64,000 bases of DNA, taken from Octopus sinensis (taxonomy: Eukaryota). Positions within the stretch are counted from its first letter, which is position 1, and each line of letters opens with the position of its first letter. The DNA is taken from assembly GCF_006345805.1 (NCBI RefSeq), contig NW_021831855.1, forward strand, positions 1-64,000, given 5' to 3'. Under the pieces are notes generated by a model, which saw only the letters and a program-made list of their open reading frames with translations, did no database searches and was not told where the DNA came from. This document shows positions 1 through 11,830 of the stretch, piece after piece. Both the position numbers and the translations under genes were made by a program.

Positions 1-439
1 CATGCCCTTATGCACTCATACACACGCCCATATATGTACATACCCGCACATGTTTATATACGCCTACACACACACGCATATACAAAAAATGAATATACAT
101 ATGCCCCCCCACCCCTAAAAAATGGAAAAATACTAAGTAAAAACGTCTATATATATATGAATTCTTATGCCCGCACACACGCACACATCTAAAACTGCCC
201 ACTCATACATATTCACACACGTGTACAAATGAATCTATATACACGTCTATATAGGCACAGGAAAAAATGCAGGATAGAAAAGTACAGAAAAAATTATTAT
301 GTGTGAAAATATAAAAATATATGAAATAATAAAAGGTATAATGAGATAAAAAAACTTTTTGGGACATAATATAGAAAGCAGGTTTTATGTTTTCTTTGGG
401 GGACCAAAAACGTAACAAAAATTTTGTCACATGTGGGCA

Positions 440-805
440 TGATCCGAAAAGTTCTGTCCTTGAGTTTAGACATGTAGTAGGGTCTAAGCTGCTTTTCCAG
501 ATGTCGCATAGACCGCACTTTCCGCTGCCGTTGGTGTAGGGCTTACATTTGGCCAAAATCTTCCAATGGATGTTATAATCGACACCTTTATCTTTTAAAG
601 ACCAAATATGATTAGATAATTTTGTCTCTTTTCTTTTGTTCCAGTGCCTAAAACTCAAGGTGTGGTTATTGAATCTGGCCTTGAAATTACCCTCTGTAAG
701 GCCCACGCATTTCTTCGTCGAAACGGTGTCTTTAGTGGTTATAGAGTCCACGGTAGCTTCATAGATGATGGTCTCGGATATGCAAGCTCCATTTAGCGGG
801 CACAA
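440..805 (-). pseudogene. GIY-YIG endonuclease remnant of PLE
   Basis: IIYEATV / CVGLTEGNFKARFNNH / HIWSLK / WKILAKC / CGLC motifs in the translated ORF. Confidence 0.8.
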
Positions 806-892
806 TTATTTATTCCTGCATGAACAGCTGTTTTCTTGTTGTGGTTTTTGTGTGCTATGTGTGATTATATTTTTTAAATTGGTACTTGAACT

Positions 893-1288
893 AAAACTAA
901 TTTTTAAATTGTGTTTATTGAAGAGTTTCCTATAAGTATGGTTAACTGGAAAATGTCTATCTATCAGTGTTAAGAAATATTTACCTATATTGAAGGTCAC
1001 CTCGGGTGAGTAAGGGGGTGTAAACATTTTTAAAGCGTTGCCCCAGTTTATAATAAGGCTTTAAAATATAGTGGTTTTAGCGAAAAAATAAAATATACAC
1101 CTGCTACTAGCCCAACAGTAAAGAAGAGGAAAAATAGAAATACGAAGATCATCTGGTTTACACCCCCTTACTCACCCGAGGTGACCTTCAATATAGGTAA
1201 ATATTTCTTAACACTGATAGATAGACATTTTCCAGTTAACCATACTTATAGGAAACTCTTCAATAAACACAATTTAAAAATTAGTTTT
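893..1288. repeat. 133-bp perfect inverted repeat (893-1025 / 1156-1288), 130-bp spacer
   Basis: Direct comparison: 1156-1288 is the reverse complement of 893-1025. Confidence 0.95.
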
Positions 1289-1289
1289 A

Positions 1290-1390
1290 TCTTGACTATT
1301 GAGTAATTGTAACATTATTTTATAGATGAATTTCCTCTATTTACATAATATTGAGGTCTCTTTCTTTCTTTTGTTATCTTACCGTTTTTA

Positions 1391-1396
<6 letters not shown>
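1290..1396 (+). mobile_element. Short TA-associated repeat (PLE-end-like); a second copy at ~41946-42860 (-) is interrupted by a MITE
   Basis: gaggtctctttc...cttaccgtttttacc is similar to the reverse complement of 41946-41988, and the homology resumes at 42797 after the MITE. Confidence 0.6.
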
Positions 1397-1435
<39 letters not shown>

Positions 1436-1659
1436 TTTTGGTGTGAATGGTATTTTTACATAAGCTTAAAGCTTGTGGCGTTCACCGTGCAATGACTAAG
1501 GGAAATAGTCTAATAAAGGATTATATAAGCCCTCGACAGAAAAATGGCTTTCCTATCCGCATGGGACTCGAATCCACATCCCTTTGTTAACGCAACTAAG
1601 TGTGTTTACCTTTATATATATACCTACACACGTATATGTAATATAAACATTAATCAGTA

Positions 1660-1905
1660 CAATGGTGATGGTGCGGTCACAGTGGTATGTACTGGGAGTA
1701 GTGGTGGTAGTGGGAGATGGTAAGTGCTGGTATGTGAAGTGTTGGTGGTGTGCTGAGAATGGTATGCATTGGCGGTGGGGATGCTGGCGGCACTGCTGTT
1801 GGTAGTGGTGGTTGTGGTAGTTATGAAATGTGCAGATATTAATGGTATTGTTGGTGCTGGTAGTGGTGGTGTTAATGGTATGGGTGTTAGTGATGGTAAA
1901 CCCTG
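1660..1905. repeat. GGT/GTT low-complexity tract
   Basis: Degenerate (GGT)n/(GTG)n repeats. Confidence 0.8.
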
Positions 1906-1996
1906 GTAATCCAAGAAAGATGGTTCTGCTGTTTCTTGGCGAACAACCTACGCAGGTGATAGGTTATGTGTTGCAGATTAGTTCACTCTTCTTCCA

Positions 1997-2178
1997 TCAA
2001 ATCGATGTTACCTGAACAGGTGCACACAGGTGTGTCAAATGTCAAAGTGATCACAGAACAATGTAAGATGAAGTGTTTTGCTCAAGAACACAACACAACA
2101 ACACCCGCTCCAAGAATTGAAACCATGATCTCGCGATTGCAAGTGCAGCACCTTAACTACTAGGCCAAACGCCTTCAT
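1997..2178 (-). mobile_element. tRNA-derived SINE
   Basis: The reverse complement begins with a tRNA-like head (tggcctagtagttaagg...ggtttcaattc) followed by ttgagcaaaacacttc. Related to 39935-40135 and 43900-44090. Confidence 0.7.
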
Positions 2179-2446
2179 GGGGCAGTGTGACAGTGTGAAC
2201 ATATTCTGCTCTCTCTCCGCTCTCCACTCCAGTAGTCACTGGTGGTGGCTGCCGCAAAGGTAGGAAAGATGGACAAGGTCAAAGCACAATCCCAGCACCG
2301 TTTTAGGGGCCAGCAACATTGATGAGGCTACTTATTCTCCCTGTTTGCGTTTTATACATTTCTCTGAGTTGAGTGTGAGAGAGACAGTATTTTTAGAATA
2401 TTGCTGTTGTTCTTATTAAGATATTGCTGTTGTTGTTATTGTAGCA

Positions 2447-2482
<36 letters not shown>

Positions 2483-3593
2483 TGGTGGTAGTAATAGCAT
2501 TCTGCGGTGTTATGTATGTATCCTGGTGTCTGGTGATGATTCCCCTCCCCCTGTAACAGACATCTGGGGCGGGGAGAATTGAAGCAAACTGCAGTCACAA
2601 GCTGTGCCTCTTCCCTCCCCCCGGCACTTCCAAGTCGTCTTTCATTTTATTTCATTCTGGTTTGTTGCGTGATCGTGGATGTGGTCTCCGTACAAATGTT
2701 ACGATGCTGGGTGCATGGTTTGAGATACTTCGTAGTTTATTGTGGTTTGTTGCGGAGAGGCTAGGAACTCAGAATATTCCATGTGAACTGACTGGATGAG
2801 TGTGTTTGGCGTTGCTAATATCTGAGCAGGAGGACAAAGGTTCGACTCTTCAGGTTTCTGGTTTTCCCTGTCTTGTTCTATTGTTGTGAAACTTGGACAC
2901 TCTCCGAGGACCTTCAGGAGCCGCCTGAACTCTTCGCAGGATTATGGGTTACCAATGGTTGGATTTCATATCCAACCAAAGACTCTGCTCAGAAACTGGG
3001 TTGCGTCCTCTTACTTGTCTGATTCGAGTCAGTTCAGACTGTTTGCCCAAGTTGTTCGATTTTCCGAGTTTGTTCTTGAATATGCGTTCTCTTTTCTGAG
3101 GATCCGATTGGGCCGTGACGGCTCGTGCTGGTCGATCACATGCCACATGGTCGCGGCAGATGAGGAATTATTTCGCGATGAGGACTGAAATGGTGGATGT
3201 AGCGACGCGCTGTAACGGCGCATGTCCCCACACCTGACCTGTTTGTGTTGTAACCTGACCTAATGTTATATTTGTACATCATTGCTGTAGTTTCTTTTGT
3301 GTTGGCCAGATGCAGCACCTGTGATTACGTTTACTGTCTTCTACGTGTTTTCTGAATGTTGTGAAGGTATCGTGTGTAACTTCAAGCATATTCTACTTCT
3401 GTGTGTGTGCGTATGCGCATGCGTGTCTAGGCACAAAAACAGGCTAGTTATGATGCTTCTGAGTAATCTTGTTTGTCATCCGTATTGTTTGTGGGGTGTG
3501 GAAAATTCAACGTTTCGGATAAATTTCTTCACGGAAAAGTTGAAAGGAGAGAAATTATTGAGAGATAGCAGAGTTTAAAGTCATCGATGTGAT

Positions 3594-3595
3594 AT

Positions 3596-3653
<58 letters not shown>

Positions 3654-3696
3654 TGTGTGTGTAAGAGTGTGTGTGCGTGTGTGAGAGAGTGCGCGC

Positions 3697-3729
<33 letters not shown>

Positions 3730-3838
3730 TGTGTGTGTGTGAGAGAGTGCGTGTGCTTGAGAGTGCGAGTGCGTAAGCGTGCGAGTGCGTGTTTGTGAGT
3801 GCGTGAGTGTGTTTGTATGTGTGTGTGTGTGTGTGTGC
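3594..3838. repeat. Compound (GA)n/(GT)n microsatellite
   Basis: Visible in sequence. Confidence 0.95.
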
Positions 3839-4888
3839 TTATTATACACAGTGCATGGTTTATATTTTGATGACCTGAGTTTACAGCGTTATGTCGTTTT
3901 TCATTACTTTACTAATGTTATTTATGAAATCTTTTATAGATGTTAAATGATAGCATTGTAGCTGCCGGTGGGCCTCCTTACTCTCCTGGCAATCAATATT
4001 TTTAGACCCTGTCTGCCACCGTATCTATATATATATATGTATATTGGACGTACATTTCTATACATGTAATCAGGTCTCCACCGTTGTTGAATGGTCTCTC
4101 TTGTTGTTTGATTTGAGTATAATTTGGAAATCTGGGTGCTTTGTGCTCAGGTAGTCGCTATGTTTTCTGAATTAGTCTTACATGGATGTCGTGTGCGGCC
4201 GTAACAACTTTTAGTTCCATATTTACCTACCTATTTATTTACCTGTCGAGAAGGAATATACTTAGAAACCCCAGCTGCATGGAAAATTAATAGTAAAGTA
4301 GGTAGGTAACAGCATACTCGATATAGCAAGTCAAAGCAATGCTTTCCATATTTAATTAAATTTAATACATTCTATATGTAATTAATTCTTATACTACGTT
4401 TTAACGTATATATTTAAAGCAATTCTATATTTAAGTTTAAGGAATTAAAATGCCAGGATTGCTTCCTTTGCTTGTTTTAAGAAGAATTACAGATTATGCC
4501 TGTTAATGCCGTTTTTAGTTTTCACAGATCTTATAATATCAACGAACTAAAGATTTCTGGCTCGTTATGTGAGGTACGACACATGAGTGGCACATATTGA
4601 ACAGCGCCCTCTGCACTCACAATACATAGCCCAGATTTAGCAAGAAGAGATTGCTAGATTATTTGAAATTGTTATTTGCGACAGGTTGGCGTCCTAGCCA
4701 GGGGCGTACTTAATATCTTATTCGCATCACACCATCAAAAAACCGTGTCAAGCATCAGGCATTAGGTGAAATTTTCACAAACTGCACACACGCACCAATT
4801 CAACCACCAAATATTATGTGTGTACGTGTGTGCATGTGTAATGTGTGTGTGTGTGTGTATGTTTGCACGTGTGTTTGTGTGTGTATAC

Positions 4889-4927
<39 letters not shown>

Positions 4928-5212
4928 AATGTGTGTGTGTGTATACATATATGTGTATATATATATATATGTAAATGTGTATGTGTGTATAAATATATAT
5001 ATGTGTGTGTGTGTCTGCCTGTGTTTGTCCCCCACTACCTCTTGACAGCCAGAGTTATATTTATGTCTCCCGTAACCAAGCAATTCGGCAAAAGACACTG
5101 ATAAAATAAGTACCAAGTTTTAAAGAATATATGAAAAGTATTTCAAGGCGGTGCTCCAACATGGGCACAGTCTAATGGTTGAAACAAGTCGAAGAAAACA
5201 TATATACATATA

Positions 5213-5412
5213 GGCGCAGGTGTTGTGGCTGTGTGGTAAGTAGCTTGCTTACCAACCACATGGTTCTGGGTTCAGTCCCACTGCATGGCACCTAACTTAG
5301 CGGTTCAGCAAAAGAGACCGATATAATAAGTACTAGGCTTACACAGAATAAGTCCTGGGGTCGATTTGCTCGACTGAAGACAGTGCTCCAGCATGACTGC
5401 AGTCAAATGACA
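5213..5412 (+). mobile_element. tRNA-derived SINE (internally deleted), CORE-like 3' part
   Basis: ggcgcagg..tggctgtgtggtaag (A box), ggttcagtccc (B box), then aagtactaggc...cctggggtcgat...ctccagcatg. Relatives at 11170-11515 (-) and 51720-51880 (-). Confidence 0.75.
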
Positions 5413-5661
5413 AATACAAAAAAATATATACACATATACATTCGTGAGGTAAAATCATGTAGCAAACCAAATGGCGGTGCCCCAGCATGGCCACAGCTCA
5501 TGAGCTGAAACTGGAAAAATAGAAAAATAGAAATATATTGTTTTTATATCAAATTATAATAGAAAAATTTTAATATTGGAACTGAAGAATTATTCAGTAG
5601 TCTTTGTAGAATATAAATTTATCATTCTTTAATGAGAAGAGTAGTGATAATGCCTTCATCG

Positions 5662-5707
5662 GACAGTCTGATGACAGTTAGTTGGCCGAAGCTTCGAAGT
5701 CACTGTC
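5662..5707 (+). ncRNA. Minimal type I hammerhead ribozyme motif (A15.1>G, probably inactive)
   Basis: GACAGT-CTGATGA-cagttagttggcc-GAAG-CTTCGAAG-TC-ACTGTC: perfect 6-bp stem I, palindromic TTCGAA loop, GUC site. Confidence 0.6.
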
Positions 5708-6177
5708 ACCACTTTTCTTCTAAATGTATATTATACATATGTGTGTGTGTGTGTTGTGTTGCATGTGTGTGTGTGTGTAATTGGGCGCAACGTAACCAAA
5801 TAGTTAAAAAGTTCTGTTCGCAACCCCGAGGTTTCGGGTTTGTTCCCACTGTATAGCGTTTTGAATAAATATTTTCTGTGGCTACCGATCGATCCATACC
5901 TTGTAAGGGAAACTGAGCAGACGGATATTGTACAGAAGCCCTTCGGGTCGAGTGTGTCTCAAATTAGGAGAAACAACTTCGTTACACTCTGCATCACATT
6001 GATACTGCCTGAGAATGACTTTGGTGGAATATGAGTCTATGGAATAAATTTAGACTTAGATAAACTTAGATATGTTTCGACCAAAGATTGGTCCAGGCCA
6101 TGTCTAACTTAATAGCACCACCTGATAGGATTATTCGAATCCTGTTTAAGTCAAGTTTTGTTTAAGTCAAGTTTTGT

Positions 6178-8301
6178 TCAAGTAGTGAGTTCTTGTTGGG
6201 TGAGTTGTATCCAGTTTTGTTCAAGTAGTGAGTTCTTGTTGGGTGGGTTGTATCCAATTATGGGTGGCTTATCTGGTATTCTTTGAAGGAATCTATTCAG
6301 ACTCTGTTTAAAGTTGATGGGATCCTTTTCCTCTTTGATCTCCTTCAGGACAATGTTAAATAGGGCAGGGCCTGTTGAGGAAAAGAAATTATGTTGCAGT
6401 GTACATGTATGTTGTGATCTTGAATTGGGCAGGGGACGTATAGCCCGTGATCCAAGTCTTGGATGAACTTTGAAGCTAATGTTTAGGTCGTTTGGGCAAA
6501 ATTGGCGGTATATTTTCCACATCGTACAAATGATGTACCGCTCACGGCGACGCTGGAGGGAGTAAAGTTTCAAGGCTTTAAGGCGATCCCAATAATCGAG
6601 AACAGCCATGCCTTCAATTTGTTTAGTGAGTGCCCTCTGGGGTGACTCAATTCTGGAGATGTTTTGTCTTGTGTGAGGAGACCACAGTGGGCAGCAGTAT
6701 TCAAGGTGTGGCCGTACAAAGGAGGAAAAAAGTGGTATGATGACACCTTGTTCTCTGGACCGGAAAGTTCTTAAGATCCAGGAACTCATCCTACGAGCTA
6801 TATCGACCTTCTTGTTGATGTGTGCACTCCAACTGAGATCGTCATCAACAATTACACCCAGGTCTCTGATATTGTTAGAAGCTGTGAGCGGTTCCCCTGA
6901 AGGAAGAGAGTATGGTTGTTTTAGTGAGGAATTTCTTCCAAAATGCATCAGCTCAAATTTTCCCTCATTCAGTTGCATTTTGTTTCTGTCTGCCCATTGA
7001 CTCACAGCATATAGATCAGACTGGAGTTGAGTTCGGTCTGCTTCTTCATTGACGATTTGCTGGAGCTTAGTGTCATCAGCAAATATTTTCACTTTGCAGT
7101 AATGTACGACACTGGAAAGGTCGTTTACGTAAATTATGAAGAGTAGCGGACCCAAAACAGTTCCCTGGGGAACACCGCTGGTGACTTTTGCTGGGTTTGA
7201 GTGGACTCCATCAACTACATGTTGTGTTCTATTCGCCAGGAAATACTGAATCCAGTGTAGAACTTTTCCACGGATTCCAACGTTTGCCAATTTTGAGAGT
7301 AGGATGTTATGGTCTACCCTGTCGAACGCTTTACTGAAGTCAAGATATATGACGTCAGAGTTCGAACCTGTTCCCAAAGCTTTGAGTACATCTTCAATGT
7401 GGTGTAAGAGCTGTGTTAGACAGTCCCTGCCACAGCGAAAGCCATGCTGATTTGCATTTAGGAGTTTGTGGGTCTCCAGGAAGTCAGCTATCCTTGATCT
7501 TAACACTCTTTCAAACACTTTAATGATGTGGGAGGTGAGTGAAATTGGGCGATAGTTGACTGCGAGGGATCTGTTTCCCTGTTTGAAAACCGGGATGACC
7601 GACTGGGATAGAAACTGTTTCGGTATATAACCTGCGTCTAACGAATTTCTCCAGAGGTTGGTCAGAGGGACTGCAAGTTGGTATCTACATTCCTTCAGGA
7701 GACTAGCGGGAAGTCTATCAGGGCCTACAGCAGAGTAATGTTTGACCTCATTTATTGCTGCTACGATGTCGGTGGCAGTGAAGGTTATGTCTGAGATTTT
7801 GTGTTGGGAGTCAACTTCGTTCCTTTCCCTTACGCCAATATCAGTGGGAACACTAAAGACAGAGCAGTATTGTTTCTGCAGTATTTCTGCCATTTCTTTA
7901 GCATCGTGTTGGGGAATGCCGTTATCATCAATCAATGGCCCAATGGGTGAGACAGTGGTTCTATGCTTATTTGCATAAGAATAGAACACTTTTGGGTTCT
8001 GTTTGATGTTTTTGATTACCCATTGTTCCTCCACAGCTCTTTGATTTTCAATGGAGGTTTTCATGTTGGTCTGCAGATGAAGTTCTTCCAGCTCTAGTCT
8101 TTTCATTGTTGTTGAATGTGGATGTTGTGTGTGGGAATATTTTAATTGGTTGATTTTTTTGTTGAGTCTTTTGATGCGCCTGATGAGGTTTTTTTTTCTT
8201 TTTAGGGAGCCGGTTTCTGTTTGTGTTAGTAGATTTCTTGGGAGCGTGTTTAGAGCATGTATAGGTGACAATGTTTTCAAAATGCTGCCACGCGGTCTCA
8301 A
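6178..8301 (-). pseudogene. LINE reverse transcriptase (CR1 group), 707-codon open frame
   Basis: NYRPISLTS, QHGFR, YLDFSKAFDRVDH, SGVPQGTVLGPLLF, FADDTKL, VRPHLEYC, LQRRRER motifs. Confidence 0.95.
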
Positions 8302-9135
8302 TATGAGAGGAATTGAGAGTAAAAGACCAGTCGATGGAAGACAGATCCTTTCTGATTGTTCCCCAGTCCGCTTTGTGGAAGTTTATTGTTGTCAAATGGG
8401 TGCCATGGAGTGGGATTGGCTGGTTTGGTTTTTATATGTCGGGAATTAAGATTGCAGAGTACCATGTCGTGGTCTGAGAGGAGAGTTTTTTCGACTGAAA
8501 TACTGTGAACGTAGCTAGAGTGATTGGTCAATACCAGACCCAAGATCGTTTTATTCTGTCTCGTTGGTTCAAGCACTAGCTGAGTCAAGAAATACTCATC
8601 CATCAGATTAAAGAGCAGTTCTGCTGCTGCTCTATCTGATGTAGAGCCCTTGCCTAACTTCAGAGTATTTGTGGGCCAGTTCACATGAGGGAGGTTAAAA
8701 TCACCCATCACTAGTATGTTTCCAGAGTGGTACTTCCGAAGGAAGGACTTGACTTTGCTAAGGCACTCTTCAAAGTACTTTAGAGGTGTCTGGGGAGGCC
8801 TGTAAAGACCAACAATGGTTATGTCCTTGGCTTTGTTGTATAGTGATACCGATTCGATTCACAGTAGCCATTGGAAAATATGTCCTTGGCATCAAGTGAA
8901 AAGGAGTCATGGATAAAGATGGCTGTCCCTCCCTTATTTCGGTCTGTGCGATCCGCACGAACAATGGTGAAATCTTTTATTTTCACCTCTGCGTCCATAT
9001 GGGTGTTGTTCAGGTGAGTCTCGGTAAGGATAAAGAAAGGGAAGCAATGTGCCATTTCGGCAAGCCAACTCTCTATATATGGGATCTTCCATTTTTGGGC
9101 AATAATTGATGGGTTGATGCCACGTACATTTAACA
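8298..9135 (-). pseudogene. APE-type endonuclease of CR1-group LINE (split over frames)
   Basis: LLNVRGI, ILTETHL, RADR..KGGTAIFI, GLYRPP, MGDFNLP, LSDHDMV motifs. Confidence 0.9.
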
Positions 9136-10337
9136 GGAATGTCGAGGTAAGGGAAGTGGTAATGGGTGAGGTGAGTGGTCCTTGTGATTTGCATAGATGG
9201 TTGGTGATAGCTCGCTGGATCTCCTGGCTTAGGTTGGCCTTCATATTTTCTAGGTATGTCAGTAAAAACGAGTTACTTGTTTGGTTTGCCACTTGGTCAG
9301 AGGATACATATTTCATGTTGGCGTTATTTGGTGTTTTTTCATGGTTCTGTCTACGTTGTTTGATTGTAGGAGGGGAAACGTGGTTGTATTTTGTTCTTGT
9401 TGTTGTCCTAGATTTCCTCTGTTCCTGTTTATATTTATTCTGTGATCGTTTTGTGCCCTTCAGATGGTGGTGGTTGCATTCTGGGTTCAGGCACATCCTT
9501 TGTGAGACAGAAGTTTGGTACAGTTTAGGATGGAATAAGGTGCATCCATTGCCTTTTATGCATCCGTATTTAGGATCAGAACCATAGATTCTGTATTTAG
9601 GACAGTATTTGGGGTGGAGGTGGGGGCAATTTTTTCCTGTGCCCATAACAAGTCTACGACATAAGGTCGGATGGGAAAAAGCACAGCGTCCATTGTTGTT
9701 TGTGCCGCTGGGGCCAAATCTACAATTGCCTTTAGAATAGTAACGGCAGGGGGTTTTATTTGGTTGTAGTAGTGGTTTTTCTATTCTGGCAGTTAGAAGC
9801 AGCTTGTTGATTTTGTGATGGTGGGTTCTGGCTTGCCAGGATGTGGTCAAATCTGCAGCTGCCTTGAGAGTAGTAATGGCAGATAGTTTTACGTGGATGT
9901 AGTAGTGATTTTCCTATTGTGGCAGTAGTAGTAGTGGAGAGTTGTTTTTGTTGTAGCAGCATTGGAACTTGACTAGTGGTAGTATTAGAGTGTTGTTGAC
10001 TTGGTTCATCATGTGCTGTTGTCAATGGAAGTAGGTCAGTTGATTGTTGCTGTTGAAGTGACCCCTGACCTGTTGGAATTTGGTCATTTGGTATACTGGA
10101 TTCGTTGGCAAGAATGGCTTTTAGTGTAGCCATGTGCGCGTGAAAAATAGGGAATATCCTAACAATTTCTTTTATTTTATTTTCTATCTGTTTTACAGAT
10201 CTGTGAAAGGATTTTTTCGTTAAATCCTCTGTTATTTTACTGTAAACATTAGCTTCGTTGTGATGGATGAACCAAGCGTTAATCATTGCAGTAATTTCAT
10301 TTTCAACCCAGCGGCGTGTTTGAAAATTATTGGCCAT
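9136..10337 (-). pseudogene. LINE ORF1-like N-terminal region: Myb/SANT-like motif + CCCH zinc fingers (one frameshift near 9840)
   Basis: MANNFQTRRWVENEITAMINAW...VYSKITEDL...RSVKQIENKIKEI (trihelix-like); CRYYSKGNCRFG...CAFSH, CPHLHPKYC, CIKGNGCTLFH, CLNPECNHHH. Confidence 0.7.
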
Positions 10338-10939
10338 ATTCAGTGGGGTAGTGTTGTGTAATATATATATGTATGTATGTGTATGCGTGTATATGTATAT
10401 GCACACCAGTTATTGATGGCTTGATGTAAAATAGTGCATACACCGTTGAAAAGTTTGTGTCGATATACTCGATAAATAGTGAATACACCGTTGGAAAGTT
10501 TGTGTCGATATACTCGGAAATTCGTGGCTTGTGTGTGTGAGAGTTCAGTGTAATTAGTACAATCAGGATGAGCGGTGTGTTTAATACAGATCAAGAAAAA
10601 ATACTCAACCATTTACAAAAAAAAAACTGAGTTGATCGAACAAAGGAATTACCATTGTCGGGACCACTGGGGATCCATCCCTACCCACAGAGCGTCATTG
10701 GAGGAGTATTTTTTGTCACTTGCCCGTGACGAAAAATACTCCTCTAGTACTGTTGTGACTTCGTCTTCAGAACTCATTTTTTCCGTCCAAATGATTTTGA
10801 AAACTGCAGAATAAATGATAATTAGATGGGGAAATGTCCGGCGAATATGGTGGGTGGGGCATCGTTCCCCATTCAAACTGCTCCAGCCTTTAGAATGTTA
10901 TCCTCGCTGTATGTGGCCGAGCATTATTTATGGGATGAC

Positions 10940-10980
<41 letters not shown>

Positions 10981-11044
10981 ATTTGTTGAGTACATAAACA
11001 GCTTGGCTGCTTGTTTCTGTGGAGATTGTCAAAATGATGTAGAC

Positions 11045-11087
11045 GCCTCTGATGAGAACCCGATAAGGTCCGAAAATCGGTTAAGGT
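11045..11087 (+). ncRNA. Minimal type I hammerhead-like motif
   Basis: GCCT-CTGATGA-GAACC cgataa GGTCC-GAAA-atcggt-TA-AGGT. The core is intact, but stems II and III are imperfect. Confidence 0.45.
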
Positions 11088-11169
11088 TGTTAATTTTTTC
11101 AGTCTGTGGAGAAATGGCTAAAATTTGCCATGTTTATAATTATACCATATGTTACATATATTTATATTT

Positions 11170-11515
11170 CTTTTACTTGTTTCAGTCATTTGACTGCGAC
11201 CATGCTGGAGCATCGCCTTTAGTCGAACAATTCAACCCCAGGACTTATTTTTTGTAAGCCTGGTACTTATTCTATCGGTTCCCTTTCCCGAACCGCTAAT
11301 TTACGGGCACCTAAACACACCAACATCGGTTAAGCGAGGGTGGATGACACACACACACACACACGCACATATACGACGGGCTTCTTTCAGTTTCAATCTA
11401 CCAAATCCACTGAAAAGGTTTTAGTTGGCCCGAGGCTATAGTAGAAGACACTTGCCCAAGGTGGCACGCAGTGGGACTGAACCTGGAGCCATGTGGTTGG
11501 GAAGCAAGCTTCCTA
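11170..11515 (-). mobile_element. tRNA-derived SINE(s)
   Basis: The reverse complement of 11370-11515 is a tRNA-like head followed by accttgggcaagtgtcttctactatagcctcggg. 11170-11340 matches the 3' part of the 5213 SINE. Confidence 0.75.
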
Positions 11516-11644
11516 TATATGTTCAATTACAGCTTCGTGACGGGTAGCGGTAACTAAACCGATCTGAATGTACCTACACGTAGACTAAAAGAATTACATG
11601 TACTCTTAATAAAAATGTATATATGTACCTATTCGTCTGTCTGT

Positions 11645-11656
11645 TCCTGTATCTGC

Positions 11657-11730
<74 letters not shown>

Positions 11731-11772
11731 GCCTATCTATCTATCTACCTATCTGCCTATCTATCTATCTGC

Positions 11773-11826
<54 letters not shown>

Positions 11827-11830
11827 GCAT
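11645..11830. repeat. (TATC)n microsatellite
   Basis: Visible in sequence. Confidence 0.95.

Larger units (their letters stand above)
240..1288 (-). mobile_element. Penelope-like element 3' fragment (linker + GIY-YIG endonuclease) with inverted 5' segment
   Basis: Minus ORFs 806-1027 (FTPPYS...NIGKYFLTLIDRHFP...LFNKHNLKISFS) and 203-805 (CPLNGAC...IIYEATV...VGLTEGNFKARFNNH...TKLSNHIWSLK...KCGLC) match the PLE linker and GIY-YIG pattern. 1026-1288 is the upstream continuation of the ORF, but on the + strand. Confidence 0.85.
6140..10900 (-). mobile_element. Near full-length CR1-group (Jockey superfamily) LINE, frameshifted
   Basis: Collinear Myb/SANT-like motif, CCCH fingers, APE endonuclease and RT. 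The 3' end has short tandem repeats (gtttaagtcaagtttt x2; tagtgagttcttgttggg x2). The 5' boundary is uncertain. Confidence 0.9.

Noticed and set aside
3190-3240. LTR boundary (TGTAAC) with PBS/PPT
   Set aside because: No second LTR, PBS or gag/pol motifs found.
1555-5300. Genuine tRNA genes at A/B-box-like motifs (e.g. ~1560, ~2150, ~5220)
   Set aside because: No complete cloverleaf; where traceable, they run into SINE bodies.
10620-10790. PHD finger upstream of the CR1 ORF1 (DALWVGMD..W.RQW)
   Set aside because: Most of the required Cys/His ligands are absent, so it cannot be supported.
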